Virus record (IMG/VR): IMGVR_UViG_3300022701_000122
Coordinates: 118,758 to 182,757 of that record
From: a virus
Length of the DNA stretch: 64,000 nucleotides
Direction: 5' to 3' (one strand)
The notes under the pieces were generated by a model, which saw only the letters and a program-made list of their open reading frames with translations, did no database searches and was not told the DNA's origin. Of this stretch, positions 25,655 to 35,063 are shown piece by piece; within the stretch, counting starts at the first letter, position 1, and each line of letters opens with the position of its first letter. Made by a program: the position numbers and the translations under genes.

Positions 25655-26550
25655 TTGATATATCTACTGTTACCACTTTTGGTTCAGAAGGTCGAGTCAA
25701 GTATAAATTTGAATCTGGACATGATTTATGGGTTAATCATGATGATCTAACATGGAAGTTAACATCTGATGTATTTATTGGATTAAGAGAAAGTCAGAAT
25801 TTTGGATTTAAAGTAAAATATAATGGTTTTTATAAAAAAAGATTTGGAATATTTGTATATAATAATGTTGTGTTTAATCGTTCTGACGTTGGGCATCTTA
25901 CTAAACTCAATATGATGATAAGAAGAGTTGCAAAATATATAAAAAAATATAAAGATAATATAAATGAGATAGAATATAAGAATAGTAAATATAGAGTAAA
26001 TAAAGCAAAAAAAATTGTGGCGATATATTTATATGGAAGAGAATATTATCTTACAACATTATATAGAATAATTATTAATTATTCTATATATATATCTGAA
26101 TATTATAATGTAGAAGATAGAATTGAAAGAATTACTGCTTGTGATTTGGCAGATTATGTATGTAATATATCGAATACAGGGATAATTATGAAATCTATAA
26201 AGTCATTTAAAGAAACCTTATTTTATTATGATTATGATCCACTTTATAGATTCAGTTCTGATTTCGATATTTTAAAAGTAAATGTATGTATAAATAATTT
26301 AATATTATTTAATATGTTATTTTATACACTTGAAAGTATAAATATATTTAATAAAAATAGTATTGTAGTTGCCGTAGGAAATCGTTTAGTTGATGTACTA
26401 CTTACAACAGAAGTATTTCAATTTTTCAGAAATACAATGGAAGATATAAAAAATAAATATGATATAAGTTATGATGATATACCAGTTAAAATAGTATTCA
26501 TTGAAGATGTTATATTTAATTTGGGGGGAAGTGGTGGTATTAATTTATAA
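25651..26550 (+). CDS. Fused-unit protein, C-terminal motif family
   Basis: Internal DLADYVCNISNTGIIM; terminal FIEDVIFNLGGSGGINL. Confidence 0.7.
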   Translation: MIDISTVTTFGSEGRVKYKFESGHDLWVNHDDLTWKLTSDVFIGLRESQNFGFKVKYNGFYKKRFGIFVYNNVVFNRSDVGHLTKLNMMIRRVAKYIKKYKDNINEIEYKNSKYRVNKAKKIVAIYLYGREYYLTTLYRIIINYSIYISEYYNVEDRIERITACDLADYVCNISNTGIIMKSIKSFKETLFYYDYDPLYRFSSDFDILKVNVCINNLILFNMLFYTLESINIFNKNSIVVAVGNRLVDVLLTTEVFQFFRNTMEDIKNKYDISYDDIPVKIVFIEDVIFNLGGSGGINL

Positions 26551-26560
26551 ACATGGATAT

Positions 26561-26974
26561 ATGGATTATTTAAACATGACAAACGATATGATGGCATTTG
26601 TTGGAAATATATTTGATCATATATGTCAAATGAAAGAAATATATGATTGTGTTGTTTTAACTGAAAGTAAAGATATTATTATAAATGGAGAAATGTTTTA
26701 TTATTGTGATTATAAACATATAATGATTATAAATGTATTATTTAATCATAATAGATTAAAATGTTATAATATGGAATATATATTTAAACTTGTTAGAGAT
26801 AGATTGATACAAGAAGAAGAATTTATATCTGTTGTTTTAAGCATAGCATTTCATAAAATAAATGAAGAATTTAAACTGATAGATGAGAAAAATGTAAGAT
26901 TTCATAAATTTATAGATAAAATAAACATATATGAAATATTCAATGTCATTTCTGATAAAGGGTATTTATTATGA
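26561..26974 (+). CDS. Protein, C-terminal motif family
   Basis: Ends DKINIYEIFNVISDKGYLL (the track starts at 26501). Confidence 0.7.
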   Translation: MDYLNMTNDMMAFVGNIFDHICQMKEIYDCVVLTESKDIIINGEMFYYCDYKHIMIINVLFNHNRLKCYNMEYIFKLVRDRLIQEEEFISVVLSIAFHKINEEFKLIDEKNVRFHKFIDKINIYEIFNVISDKGYLL

Positions 26975-27510
26975 TAAAATATTTAAGATGGTCACCACGT
27001 GCAAATTTTGTATATATCAATCTACATATTCAAAGATTATTTACATCAATTTTTAATTTAAAAAATTATAAATTAATATATGCACTGTATAAGTGTATTA
27101 ATGTATTACGTATTAATGAACAAAAGTTTCATTCATATAATGATGAAAATAAAATATTAAACTATTTAGAAAATAATAATATATACTATAGTAAAATATT
27201 AACAAAATTAAAAAAATACAATGGCTATCATATTCCAAGATACATTAAACCATTAACTGAATTGAATGTATTAATTAAGGTGAGTAATATGGCTATGTTA
27301 TCAACTAATAATGTATTAATTGAAATATATAAGAATTTAACTTTAGTAAAAGATTTACATATAGCTGTATCGCTTTTTAGATATGATTTACGAAAAAATG
27401 GAATATACGACGATAAAAAACATAAAAAAATATTTAATGATCTTTTGAAGATAAAATCTATAAAATTTGATAATGTTATTGAGAAAATTTATAGGGGGGT
27501 TGTATGTTAA
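26971..27510 (+). CDS. Protein, C-terminal motif family
   Basis: Ends IKFDNVIEKIYRGVVC. Confidence 0.7.
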   Translation: MIKYLRWSPRANFVYINLHIQRLFTSIFNLKNYKLIYALYKCINVLRINEQKFHSYNDENKILNYLENNNIYYSKILTKLKKYNGYHIPRYIKPLTELNVLIKVSNMAMLSTNNVLIEIYKNLTLVKDLHIAVSLFRYDLRKNGIYDDKKHKKIFNDLLKIKSIKFDNVIEKIYRGVVC

Positions 27511-27839
27511 GTAAACATATAAATTACGATATACTTAAAAATAATTACTTTGATTGTAAAGATTATTTAAATATATTTAATCATTATTTATTTAAATCTT
27601 TAATTTATGATCATGATATAACTAACAATCTGATAATTAGAGTTGTAGATAATAATGGATCTTGTTATTTAACAAATAGTTCAACTATTTTACTTAATAA
27701 AAATGTATTCAAAAAAGAATGTGAATCTCGTCAATTCTTTCTAAGATTACAATATGGGCAACATATTCCAAAATTTATGAATGTAATAAATATTTATAAT
27801 GTTATTAAAACAATCGGTAATATAGGTAGTATATTATGA
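27504..27839 (+). CDS. Protein, C-terminal motif family (YGxHIP subtype)
   Basis: QYGQHIPKFMNVINIYNVIKTIGNIGSIL. Confidence 0.7.
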   Translation: MLSKHINYDILKNNYFDCKDYLNIFNHYLFKSLIYDHDITNNLIIRVVDNNGSCYLTNSSTILLNKNVFKKECESRQFFLRLQYGQHIPKFMNVINIYNVIKTIGNIGSIL

Positions 27840-28213
27840 ATAAAATTATAGGGTTATTCGAATCTTATCCCCAAATGGTTACTTTATTTAGAGAATATAC
27901 TCATTATTTTATGAATGAGTTTTATAACGATGTAATTTCTGAAAATAAAAAATTAGATCTTTCAGATTATAGAACTATTTATTCATTATATTATCCTCGA
28001 ACTATGAATACAATTAGACCTGAATATGATAATGGTGATTATAGGTGGCTTGAAATAATTGATGAACGTCGTGAATCATTTTATAATTCTATTGGAGATG
28101 AATTCTATCGAAATCTTAAATTAATACATGGTGATCATATACCAAAGAAAATAGATCATATTAAATTTGTAAATATTATTTATAATTTTGGATTAAAAGG
28201 GATAGTTATATAA
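27836..28213 (+). CDS. Protein, C-terminal motif family (YGxHIP subtype)
   Basis: HGDHIPKKIDHIKFVNIIYNFGLKGIVI. Confidence 0.7.
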   Translation: MNKIIGLFESYPQMVTLFREYTHYFMNEFYNDVISENKKLDLSDYRTIYSLYYPRTMNTIRPEYDNGDYRWLEIIDERRESFYNSIGDEFYRNLKLIHGDHIPKKIDHIKFVNIIYNFGLKGIVI

Positions 28214-28527
28214 TGCCGTCATTTAAACAACAAACTAAATTAAATAGATTAATATATGATTGTACTCAATTTATAATGGGTAGATCTATGTTTTATATGG
28301 ATTGGTTTGATTTAAAATTCACAGATATTGAAATAATATATTCTTTGTATTTTCCAATAAAATTTAAACATGGATTGCCATTACCATGTAAACCATTTAT
28401 GCATAAATCTGGAGATAAATTGCTCAAAATATTTAGATCCAAATATGGGAAACATATTCCAAAAAAAATAGATAAAATAACAATATTAACTATTTATAAT
28501 AATAGTAATAGAGGGATAATATTATGA
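28213..28527 (+). CDS. Protein, C-terminal motif family (YGxHIP subtype)
   Basis: KYGKHIPKKIDKITILTIYNNSNRGIIL. Confidence 0.7.
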   Translation: MPSFKQQTKLNRLIYDCTQFIMGRSMFYMDWFDLKFTDIEIIYSLYFPIKFKHGLPLPCKPFMHKSGDKLLKIFRSKYGKHIPKKIDKITILTIYNNSNRGIIL

Positions 28528-28859
28528 TGATTTATTCATGGATACAATTAATTCGAACTGGAATAAAAAAAGATTTAGAGAGAGTTTTATCTTATTATGT
28601 TTATGCGGATATTACTAAAAATAGAAGTAAATATAAAGGAAAAATATTTAAAATTAAATCAATTGGTGGATATGATGGAATTTCAGTTGGTCTTACATCT
28701 GCCGAACATGTTATGAAGAGAGATTTTTTGCAAGTTGATTTGAATAAATTATATAGAACTTTAAAATATGAATTTGGAAATCATGTTCCAGAATATATTG
28801 ATATTCATGATTTTATTAATATGATTAAAATAATAACAAATAATGGAATTTTATTATGA
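28524..28859 (+). CDS. Protein, C-terminal motif family (YGxHIP subtype)
   Basis: EFGNHVPEYIDIHDFINMIKIITNNGILL. Confidence 0.7.
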   Translation: MMIYSWIQLIRTGIKKDLERVLSYYVYADITKNRSKYKGKIFKIKSIGGYDGISVGLTSAEHVMKRDFLQVDLNKLYRTLKYEFGNHVPEYIDIHDFINMIKIITNNGILL

Positions 28860-28969
28860 CAAAATTAGTTGATGAATGTGACAATAATTTATTTTCATAT
28901 CCAACTATCGAATTTATAAGATTTGAAGAAATATTAAACAAAATAAAGAAAGGAATAATAATAACATGA
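28856..28969 (+). CDS. 37-aa motif-only mini-protein, not in the ORF track
   Basis: MTKLVDECDNNLFSYPTIEFIRFEEILNKIKKGIIIT; ATGA overlaps at both ends. Confidence 0.6.
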   Translation: MTKLVDECDNNLFSYPTIEFIRFEEILNKIKKGIIIT

Positions 28970-29238
28970 CATACTTTCTTAATTCATCTATAAATAAATC
29001 TATACATAGAAAAAAGTATAATGGTAAACGATTGAAATTTAAACTTAAATATCAAGATACAATAGGAAAATTAATCATTATGGGTGACGCAAATAGATCT
29101 ATAAAAAGTTATATTTTAAAAACAATATATGAAGGACATAATATATATGGTGTTGAAAAATATGATCAATATGAAATTACAGATTATGTTGATATAAATA
29201 ACATTTATAAGAGATTTATTAAAGGATTTATATTATGA
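28966..29238 (+). CDS. Small protein, C-terminal motif family
   Basis: Ends DYVDINNIYKRFIKGFIL. Confidence 0.7.
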   Translation: MTYFLNSSINKSIHRKKYNGKRLKFKLKYQDTIGKLIIMGDANRSIKSYILKTIYEGHNIYGVEKYDQYEITDYVDINNIYKRFIKGFIL

Positions 29239-29351
29239 GAGAATTTAGAATATGTACGTCTGGCATGTCAAAAGATATACGAGAATTAAGTTACATATTT
29301 ATTGATGATTTTATACTTGATACTTATAAATTTGGATGGTTTGTAATGTGA
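29235..29351 (+). CDS. 38-aa mini-protein, not in the ORF track
   Basis: MREFRICTSGMSKDIRELSYIFIDDFILDTYKFGWFVM; ATGA overlap. Confidence 0.55.
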   Translation: MREFRICTSGMSKDIRELSYIFIDDFILDTYKFGWFVM

Positions 29352-29399
29352 TGCGGACAAATAATAAATTGAATATATAATATTATAGGAGATATTACA

Positions 29400-29927
29400 A
29401 TGAGTATACTTGATATAGCAACAAGTTATTTGGTTGATGAAGAAGAGGCAGAAGAGTCGCAAACCGAAAAAAATGAAGATCTTCTGATTCTTCTTGATCA
29501 AAAAGATTTATTAAAATCTATAAGTATAAAAACGTCTAAATATGATCTAAATTATTATTTAGATAATTTAGATATATTGAATGATGAATTTATACAGTTA
29601 TTACTAAAACGATTTATAACTGTATATAGCTTAACTCCACTTAAACAATATCTATCCCCTGCTTTTTCGACTATAGATGTTCGTAAACATCTTATTAAGA
29701 TTATAAAATTAATAAAGATAAAATTAGTTGAAGAATTAATAGAAGATGATTCTCTTCTTGATTTAATACGAAACGGGGATAGAGAAGAAATACTTGAGAT
29801 ATTTAATAATATAGAACCAAATATTTTCATGAATCATTCTATGAAATTCATAGATAATGATAGTTTAAAAAGATTTATTACTGTCATTGAGCGAGAAAAC
29901 GAAGCGGAATATGATGAAAAGATATAA
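29400..29927 (+). CDS. Acidic hypothetical protein
   Basis: AGGAG SD; long ORF. Confidence 0.75.
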   Translation: MSILDIATSYLVDEEEAEESQTEKNEDLLILLDQKDLLKSISIKTSKYDLNYYLDNLDILNDEFIQLLLKRFITVYSLTPLKQYLSPAFSTIDVRKHLIKIIKLIKIKLVEELIEDDSLLDLIRNGDREEILEIFNNIEPNIFMNHSMKFIDNDSLKRFITVIERENEAEYDEKI

Positions 29928-29975
29928 TTAAAATTTGGCTATATCCAATTTTAAAGTAAATTATATGGAGAAATT

Positions 29976-30437
29976 ATGGGAGGATTTAAAGAGTATAGAA
30001 TACATAGTAAATTTGGGATAGTGTATAAATTTTCTAATTATAGATATTTAATCAATGGTTTATTAAAAAATAAATTTTTAGTTAAATTTATAAGTAATGC
30101 AATTTATACTCTTAGTTTCAATCATTACAATTTTAGTATTGTTAGAATGAAAATAACAGATTTTTCTGAATTATTTTATTATTATACATATTTGAATTTT
30201 TATATGAAAATTAATAAATTAACCATTAAAGATTATTATAATTATATGAAATTTGAAAGAAAATCTTTAAATGAATATGATGATATTTCATATAGTGAAT
30301 GGGAAACTTTTAGAAGAGTTGAACGTATAACACATGAAGCTATAATAAAATATGGTAATCATATACCATTTACAATAAAGACTATATTTGTTGAAGATTT
30401 AATGAAGCTTGATAATTGTGGTTTTATAATGAATTGA
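29976..30437 (+). CDS. Protein, C-terminal motif family (YGxHIP subtype)
   Basis: KYGNHIPFTIKTIFVEDLMKLDNCGFIMN. Confidence 0.7.
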   Translation: MGGFKEYRIHSKFGIVYKFSNYRYLINGLLKNKFLVKFISNAIYTLSFNHYNFSIVRMKITDFSELFYYYTYLNFYMKINKLTIKDYYNYMKFERKSLNEYDDISYSEWETFRRVERITHEAIIKYGNHIPFTIKTIFVEDLMKLDNCGFIMN

Positions 30438-30820
30438 TGAGGAGAAATTTTATGAGATTATATGAATATAGTAAAAGAATGTGGAATATTAATTATGAAT
30501 CATATTCACTATTTAGATATATAAATACTGATTCAATAAAATATAATAGATATGTATTATCAGTGTGTTTAGATAGTTATAAACAATTAACTTTTTATCA
30601 TATAACATTATGGAATATAGTTAAAAGATTTAATTTAGAGTATTCTGATAATGATATATTTGCAGATGCCCATTTTAGAAATTCTAATTATTTATTCTTT
30701 AGTAGATTTTATAATGTAAGATCTATCATATATGAAAAATATGGAAATATACATGCCATCATAAAAATAATATCGATACATGATATATATAATATCGGAC
30801 TCAGTGGTATAATAATCTGA
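30434..30820 (+). CDS. Protein, C-terminal motif family
   Basis: EKYGNIHAIIKIISIHDIYNIGLSGIII; start uncertain (track 30416; in-frame TTG at 30434). Confidence 0.6.
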   Translation: MMRRNFMRLYEYSKRMWNINYESYSLFRYINTDSIKYNRYVLSVCLDSYKQLTFYHITLWNIVKRFNLEYSDNDIFADAHFRNSNYLFFSRFYNVRSIIYEKYGNIHAIIKIISIHDIYNIGLSGIII

Positions 30821-30827
30821 ATATATA

Positions 30828-30839
30828 TATATATTAAAT
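30828..30839 (+). promoter_or_regulatory. TATATATTAAAT candidate promoter
   Basis: Exact intergenic copy. Confidence 0.55.
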
Positions 30840-30900
30840 TATAACATGTAAACGGTTGGGGGTATACCCAACATGTTTTGTTCATAGGAGAGATATATCT

Positions 30901-31209
30901 ATGACTGTGAGTATAGAAGAAATATTTGATTACATCAATTATCGACATTTGTTACGTTTTCACCAACAATTAGATGTCGATAATTGGTTGTCATCAGATT
31001 CATATTTTGCTTTTATAAATGATATACTTAAAGAAAATGAAGATAATTATACTATCGGCAATGGATTTTACTGTAACCCTGGTGAATTCACACGTATAAA
31101 AAATACCATTATTGATAAATATGGTCATCATATTGATTTTAATGATATATTTTTATGCAGAATGGATAGAGTTCTTAAAACTATTTGGAAGATAGGAGTT
31201 ACGATATGA
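30901..31209 (+). CDS. Protein, C-terminal motif family
   Basis: AGGAG SD; DKYGHHIDF...DRVLKTIWKIGVTI (the track starts at 30856). Confidence 0.7.
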   Translation: MTVSIEEIFDYINYRHLLRFHQQLDVDNWLSSDSYFAFINDILKENEDNYTIGNGFYCNPGEFTRIKNTIIDKYGHHIDFNDIFLCRMDRVLKTIWKIGVTI

Positions 31210-31496
31210 TTTGTTTACGATGTGGATATTGCTGTAAGAAATTGTTTGTTGTTATTATTGATGATCCAGAAAAAGGGATAATTGAAGGTAACTTAATTGC
31301 CAATATTGGCGATGGTCCATGTAAACATTTAGTTGGTGATGCCCCTGGAAACTATTCATGCGCAATTCATGATCATGATTGATACGAAGAAACTCCATGC
31401 TCAAAATATACTCAAGTCGAATCGTCTGATGAGTGTGTTTGTAGAGTTGGAGATTATCAAATGAAACTATATAAAAAGAAAAAAATAATTTTATGA
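31206..31496 (+). pseudogene. YkgJ-like cysteine-cluster protein interrupted by an in-frame TGA (31380..31382)
   Basis: MICLRCGYCC...CKHL...CAIHDHD*YEETPCSKYTQVESSDECVCRVG continues in frame. Confidence 0.65.
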
Positions 31497-31499
31497 TTA

Positions 31500-31511
31500 T
31501 ATATATTAAAT
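31500..31511 (+). promoter_or_regulatory. TATATATTAAAT candidate promoter
   Basis: Exact intergenic copy. Confidence 0.55.
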
Positions 31512-31645
31512 ATTAACATTATTAAGTTGCATTTATTAATAATATGTTATATGTGATAAGTATGGTCCGATTGGAGGTAGGACATACTTATAGTTTAAAT
31601 TATTTTTTGTTTTTCTTTGAATATACATAAATAAAGGAGAGAATC

Positions 31646-31909
31646 ATGCCAGAAGCCAAAGAAGTAAAAAGACCAACTACTGTAATTCATGGTGGAACAA
31701 AAGTTGTTGGTGTTGTATCTGGATTTACACCAGGAGGAGAAACATTTCGAATCGATTTTGAAAATGGATGTGCATTTGAAGTTGATCGGAAAGCGTTCGT
31801 TACAGATACCACTATGGATAAGTTAAGAGTTACGATGAATACTGTTGGACTCAATAAACTACCTGGAGCAACAATCAATTTCACAAATGCAACTTTGAGT
31901 CTTGGATAA
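31646..31909 (+). CDS. Hypothetical protein
   Basis: AAGGAG SD; ORF. Confidence 0.8.
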   Translation: MPEAKEVKRPTTVIHGGTKVVGVVSGFTPGGETFRIDFENGCAFEVDRKAFVTDTTMDKLRVTMNTVGLNKLPGATINFTNATLSLG

Positions 31910-31960
31910 ATAAATAAAATGGCGTTTACTATAGTTGATGCAAAAATGAAAGGATACCAA

Positions 31961-32326
31961 ATGACAAAAGATACAAAAGATAATGGCGTTGTGGAAAAAG
32001 AAAAACAATCAAAAGATAATGAATCTATAAGTAGTAATGAAAAAGCATTCGAATTATTCAAAGAAAGAGCAATCTCGCAATTACATATTCTTGTTAAAGA
32101 TCCCAAAAAGTTGGATGTACAAATAAATGAATATCCATCATTGATTGTTGTATCTGCATCAGCATCAACGATGATAGACACTGGTAGGCTAATTGGAGTG
32201 AAAGGAATAATTGCAAAATCGTTAAGACAAACAATGCTACCAGCAATTGCATCATGTGTTGGATTAAAGAAGAGAATCCATTTTGATATTGCTGATGGCG
32301 ATGTTGAGACGAAGATTACAACATAA
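31961..32326 (+). CDS. KH-domain RNA-binding protein, KhpA/UPF0109-like
   Basis: LVKDPKKLDV...DTGRLIGVKGIIAKSLR resembles KhpA (D.GKVIGKxGRTAxAIR); start uncertain (track 31919). Confidence 0.65.
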   Translation: MTKDTKDNGVVEKEKQSKDNESISSNEKAFELFKERAISQLHILVKDPKKLDVQINEYPSLIVVSASASTMIDTGRLIGVKGIIAKSLRQTMLPAIASCVGLKKRIHFDIADGDVETKITT

Positions 32327-32333
32327 TATATTT

Positions 32334-32410
32334 CGGGGTATATCTCAGTCTGGTAGAGTGTGCGGTTTGGGTCCGCATTGTCGGGGGTTCAAATCCCTCT
32401 GCCCCGACCA
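32334..32410 (+). tRNA. tRNA-Pro(TGG)
   Basis: CGGGGTA/TGCCCCG acceptor; TGCGG-TTTGGGT-CCGCA anticodon arm; GTTCAAATC; encoded CCA. Confidence 0.93.
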
Positions 32411-32419
32411 ATTTATCAT

Positions 32420-32460
32420 AAGGGAAATCAATTTTTTATAATTGGTTTCCCTTTTTATTT
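32420..32460 (+). terminator. Rho-independent terminator
   Basis: AAGGGAAATCAATT / AATTGGTTTCCCTT plus T tract. Confidence 0.75.
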
Positions 32461-32608
32461 GTGGAGAGTAGTATTATAACGATATTTCTTATATATTATA
32501 AAATAGGAAATATCGTTTTTATCATACTGTTTAACTTTTTTAATCCTTTTTGTACAACACAAATTTTTTTATGTTTAAATAAAAAAACTTATATTAAGAA
32601 AGGAAAAT

Positions 32609-32866
32609 GTGATGAAAAATTTAATCGTTTTAATTTTTTGTATCTTTTTAATTGGTTTAAATGGTTGTACTTCTGTTCATATCAAAATGGCTGATGGATC
32701 TGAATATACATATATGAGAATCTTTACAGAGGTATATGATCTTAAGGCAGAAACTTCTGGTGGAAATAGAATATCTGTTGGTTCTGCTGAAGTTAATACT
32801 GAACTTATAGAATCTGCTATTGAAGCATATTTAAGTACATATGATATATTGCATCTTAAAAAATAG
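32609..32866 (+). CDS. Putative lipoprotein
   Basis: MMKN + hydrophobic stretch + LNGC lipobox. Confidence 0.7.
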   Translation: MMKNLIVLIFCIFLIGLNGCTSVHIKMADGSEYTYMRIFTEVYDLKAETSGGNRISVGSAEVNTELIESAIEAYLSTYDILHLKK

Positions 32867-32938
32867 ATCTACTATCTCTTCGAGATAGATTAAAATTTTA
32901 TATATATAATGAATATATTATATATATATTAAGTATTA

Positions 32939-33487
32939 ATGGATACGATTCAGAAACGAATCGAAAATGCTATCCATGAGACTAAGCGTCTCTCGAAAGA
33001 AGTCGAAGGATTTCCGACCGACTACTTTCAAAATACGCTTAAGTCTCGCCAACCGGATGGTATCGGTTCGACATTTAATGGGAGAGTCACTGAAGACGAT
33101 CTCATTAATGCTGAATGGAAACCATTTAAACATCCGTCTGTAGCAGACGGATGTACGGCATTCATCACCCATAATTTGGGGGGTAAAGTGGGTGTCGTGA
33201 GGTTGGATGATCTCCCGAATCTAACCGTCATCGAACTCGATGATGGTAAAGAGACGGGCCAAGTATCTGCAGTTGTAGATCGAGAGGATATTGATCTTCA
33301 TCGATATTCTGTCGATTATACTGTGCTGATTCTTGGTCAGGAAATGGAAAGTGAAGTAGTATACACTTTCCATCCCGGAGATCCAGTTTTTCCATCTAAT
33401 GTCTCTTCGGAGATATTGGTTGGTACAATAGTTTTAGTCCAAGAAGCTATATCTCTTGGATTGGAATATTGTAAGATTAGAGGGTAA
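32939..33487 (+). CDS. Hypothetical protein in a higher-GC island
   Basis: Long ORF with GC-richer codons; preceded by the variant motif TATATATTAAGT. Confidence 0.75.
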   Translation: MDTIQKRIENAIHETKRLSKEVEGFPTDYFQNTLKSRQPDGIGSTFNGRVTEDDLINAEWKPFKHPSVADGCTAFITHNLGGKVGVVRLDDLPNLTVIELDDGKETGQVSAVVDREDIDLHRYSVDYTVLILGQEMESEVVYTFHPGDPVFPSNVSSEILVGTIVLVQEAISLGLEYCKIRG

Positions 33488-33727
33488 CTTCTAATCTGAA
33501 AACGTGCTAAATGGTTACTTATAAAGTGTAGCCATCCAATCGCGTAAGAATTGGTAAAAACTTTATACGAGAAGCAAAAAACTCGGCAATGTGAGAAAGC
33601 ATTGAAAAAATCAGTGGAATACCACTATAAAAGTAATGGTTTAGTCAGCCATATATCTAACAAAAATGATACTGGAATATGCTCCAGGGAACACGTTTGC
33701 ATTACGTGTTTTTTATTAAAATCACTA

Positions 33728-33739
33728 TATATATTAAAT
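33728..33739 (+). promoter_or_regulatory. TATATATTAAAT candidate promoter
   Basis: Exact copy ~150 nt upstream of the 33891 gene. Confidence 0.55.
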
Positions 33740-33890
33740 TCTAACATAACGTTGCATATTACGTTTATGAAAATATGCCGTGAGAGACTCCAGCGAAGAT
33801 ATTCTGGGTAAACAGATCTGACAAATCTGGTGACTGAATATTATAAGCACGGAGCATTGGACACGTAAATCCAATGGAGGGAGGATTCTT

Positions 33891-34799
33891 ATGTTGGATA
33901 ATATTTCCAAGATCGTCTGTGGGTTTAAGGTCGATCTTGATATTATCGGTGCTCTTTGGCTTTTAGCTTTTCGTTTCGACGTTAAGGCCGATGCCATTGA
34001 GTTCGTCTTTGGCGATGCAAAGGCTGAAGATCTTTCCGACCCAACCGTAGTTTGTATCGAATGCGGTGGAAGCGGTCGAGTCGATCTGATGAACTTTGAT
34101 CATCATGGCGAAGGATCTGAAGGTCTCGTTTCGGCGACCTGGCAGGCTTATGATAAATATAAGCCAGTCGGTGTCTACACCGAAGATACTCAGCGTATCG
34201 TAAAATACATCGATACGATGGATAGATTCGGCCCGGACGAGATCCGAAAATACTCTATCGGGGAACCCCCGTTCCTCTCCGACATAATTTCCGGTATCTT
34301 TCTGGTTAATCCGAAAGATAACGCGAAAAAGGTCGAAGAAGGGATATTGTTTCTCGACGATATTTCCCGCAGTGGAATTGATCCTTTTGGATCGATGAAA
34401 CTGTTGGTCGATGAAAATGAACATTATGTTCAATTCGTCGATGCACACGCCGAAAATAAACGGCAAGTGCAGAAGGTCGTCGAAAAGGCAACATGGGGTA
34501 AGACAAAGTCGGGGCTTATTATAGCTTCGGTGGAGTCTGGTTTCTTTGGAACCATAGGTGCACTGTATGAAAATGGTGCACAAGTGGTCGTGGCTGTTAA
34601 TCCCAATTTCCAAGGGATTAGAAAGTTTACGGTCGCTGGTAACAAGGGAATCTCCGTTGCCCCCGCTGCTGACGACATCAGTAAAGTCGAAAGTGGTTGG
34701 GGTGGACCGCCAAGTGGCACGATTATCGGCAGCAACCAGAAAAAAGATTCAGAATTGGATCTTGAACTGGTTACGCGGATAGTCGTCTCGGCGATCTAA
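33891..34799 (+). CDS. DHH/MYG1-like metal-dependent hydrolase
   Basis: VDLDIIGALWLL, IECGG..NFDHH, IDTMD; GGAGGGAGG SD; higher GC. Confidence 0.6.
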   Translation: MLDNISKIVCGFKVDLDIIGALWLLAFRFDVKADAIEFVFGDAKAEDLSDPTVVCIECGGSGRVDLMNFDHHGEGSEGLVSATWQAYDKYKPVGVYTEDTQRIVKYIDTMDRFGPDEIRKYSIGEPPFLSDIISGIFLVNPKDNAKKVEEGILFLDDISRSGIDPFGSMKLLVDENEHYVQFVDAHAENKRQVQKVVEKATWGKTKSGLIIASVESGFFGTIGALYENGAQVVVAVNPNFQGIRKFTVAGNKGISVAPAADDISKVESGWGGPPSGTIIGSNQKKDSELDLELVTRIVVSAI

Positions 34800-34805
34800 G
34801 AGACG

Positions 34806-34925
34806 TGATCCAGACCGAAGCGCGGGCCAGAGTGGGTGAAAATCCCATGTACAGATACGCGCTATAAACCCCGCAACCTGCGGGATCTGGCAGTCGGATA
34901 GAGCCACTATTACATTGGCTCGAAA
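34806..34925 (+). ncRNA. Candidate structured RNA downstream of the hydrolase
   Basis: CCAGA/TCTGG closing stem, GCGCG/CGCGC, TGGG-TGAAAAT-CCCA, CCCGCA-ACC-TGCGGG, GAGCCA/TGGCTC. Confidence 0.35.
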
Positions 34926-35063
34926 AGGGAAATATGATGAAACCCATCCGACAACCATTTGGGACTATCATGTCAAATCTCAAATGGAAATATATAAAGT
35001 GCAAAGAATACCACTTTATATATTTTTTGTAAAATTTATTATATTTATAAAGGAGAATATATC

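Noticed and set aside
31380-31382. Genome-wide stop-codon reassignment
   Set aside because: TGA and TAG terminate many genes with correct downstream coupling, and long conserved genes are uninterrupted in code 11.
33551-33811. ORF 33551..33811 (+)
   Set aside because: It has no SD and spans a TATATATTAAAT motif and hairpins; more likely non-coding.
34806-34985. Cobalamin or FMN riboswitch call
   Set aside because: The first AGGGAA and the closing AGYCAG.AGACC elements are missing, and the element lies after a gene, well upstream of the next start. Kept only as an unclassified RNA.
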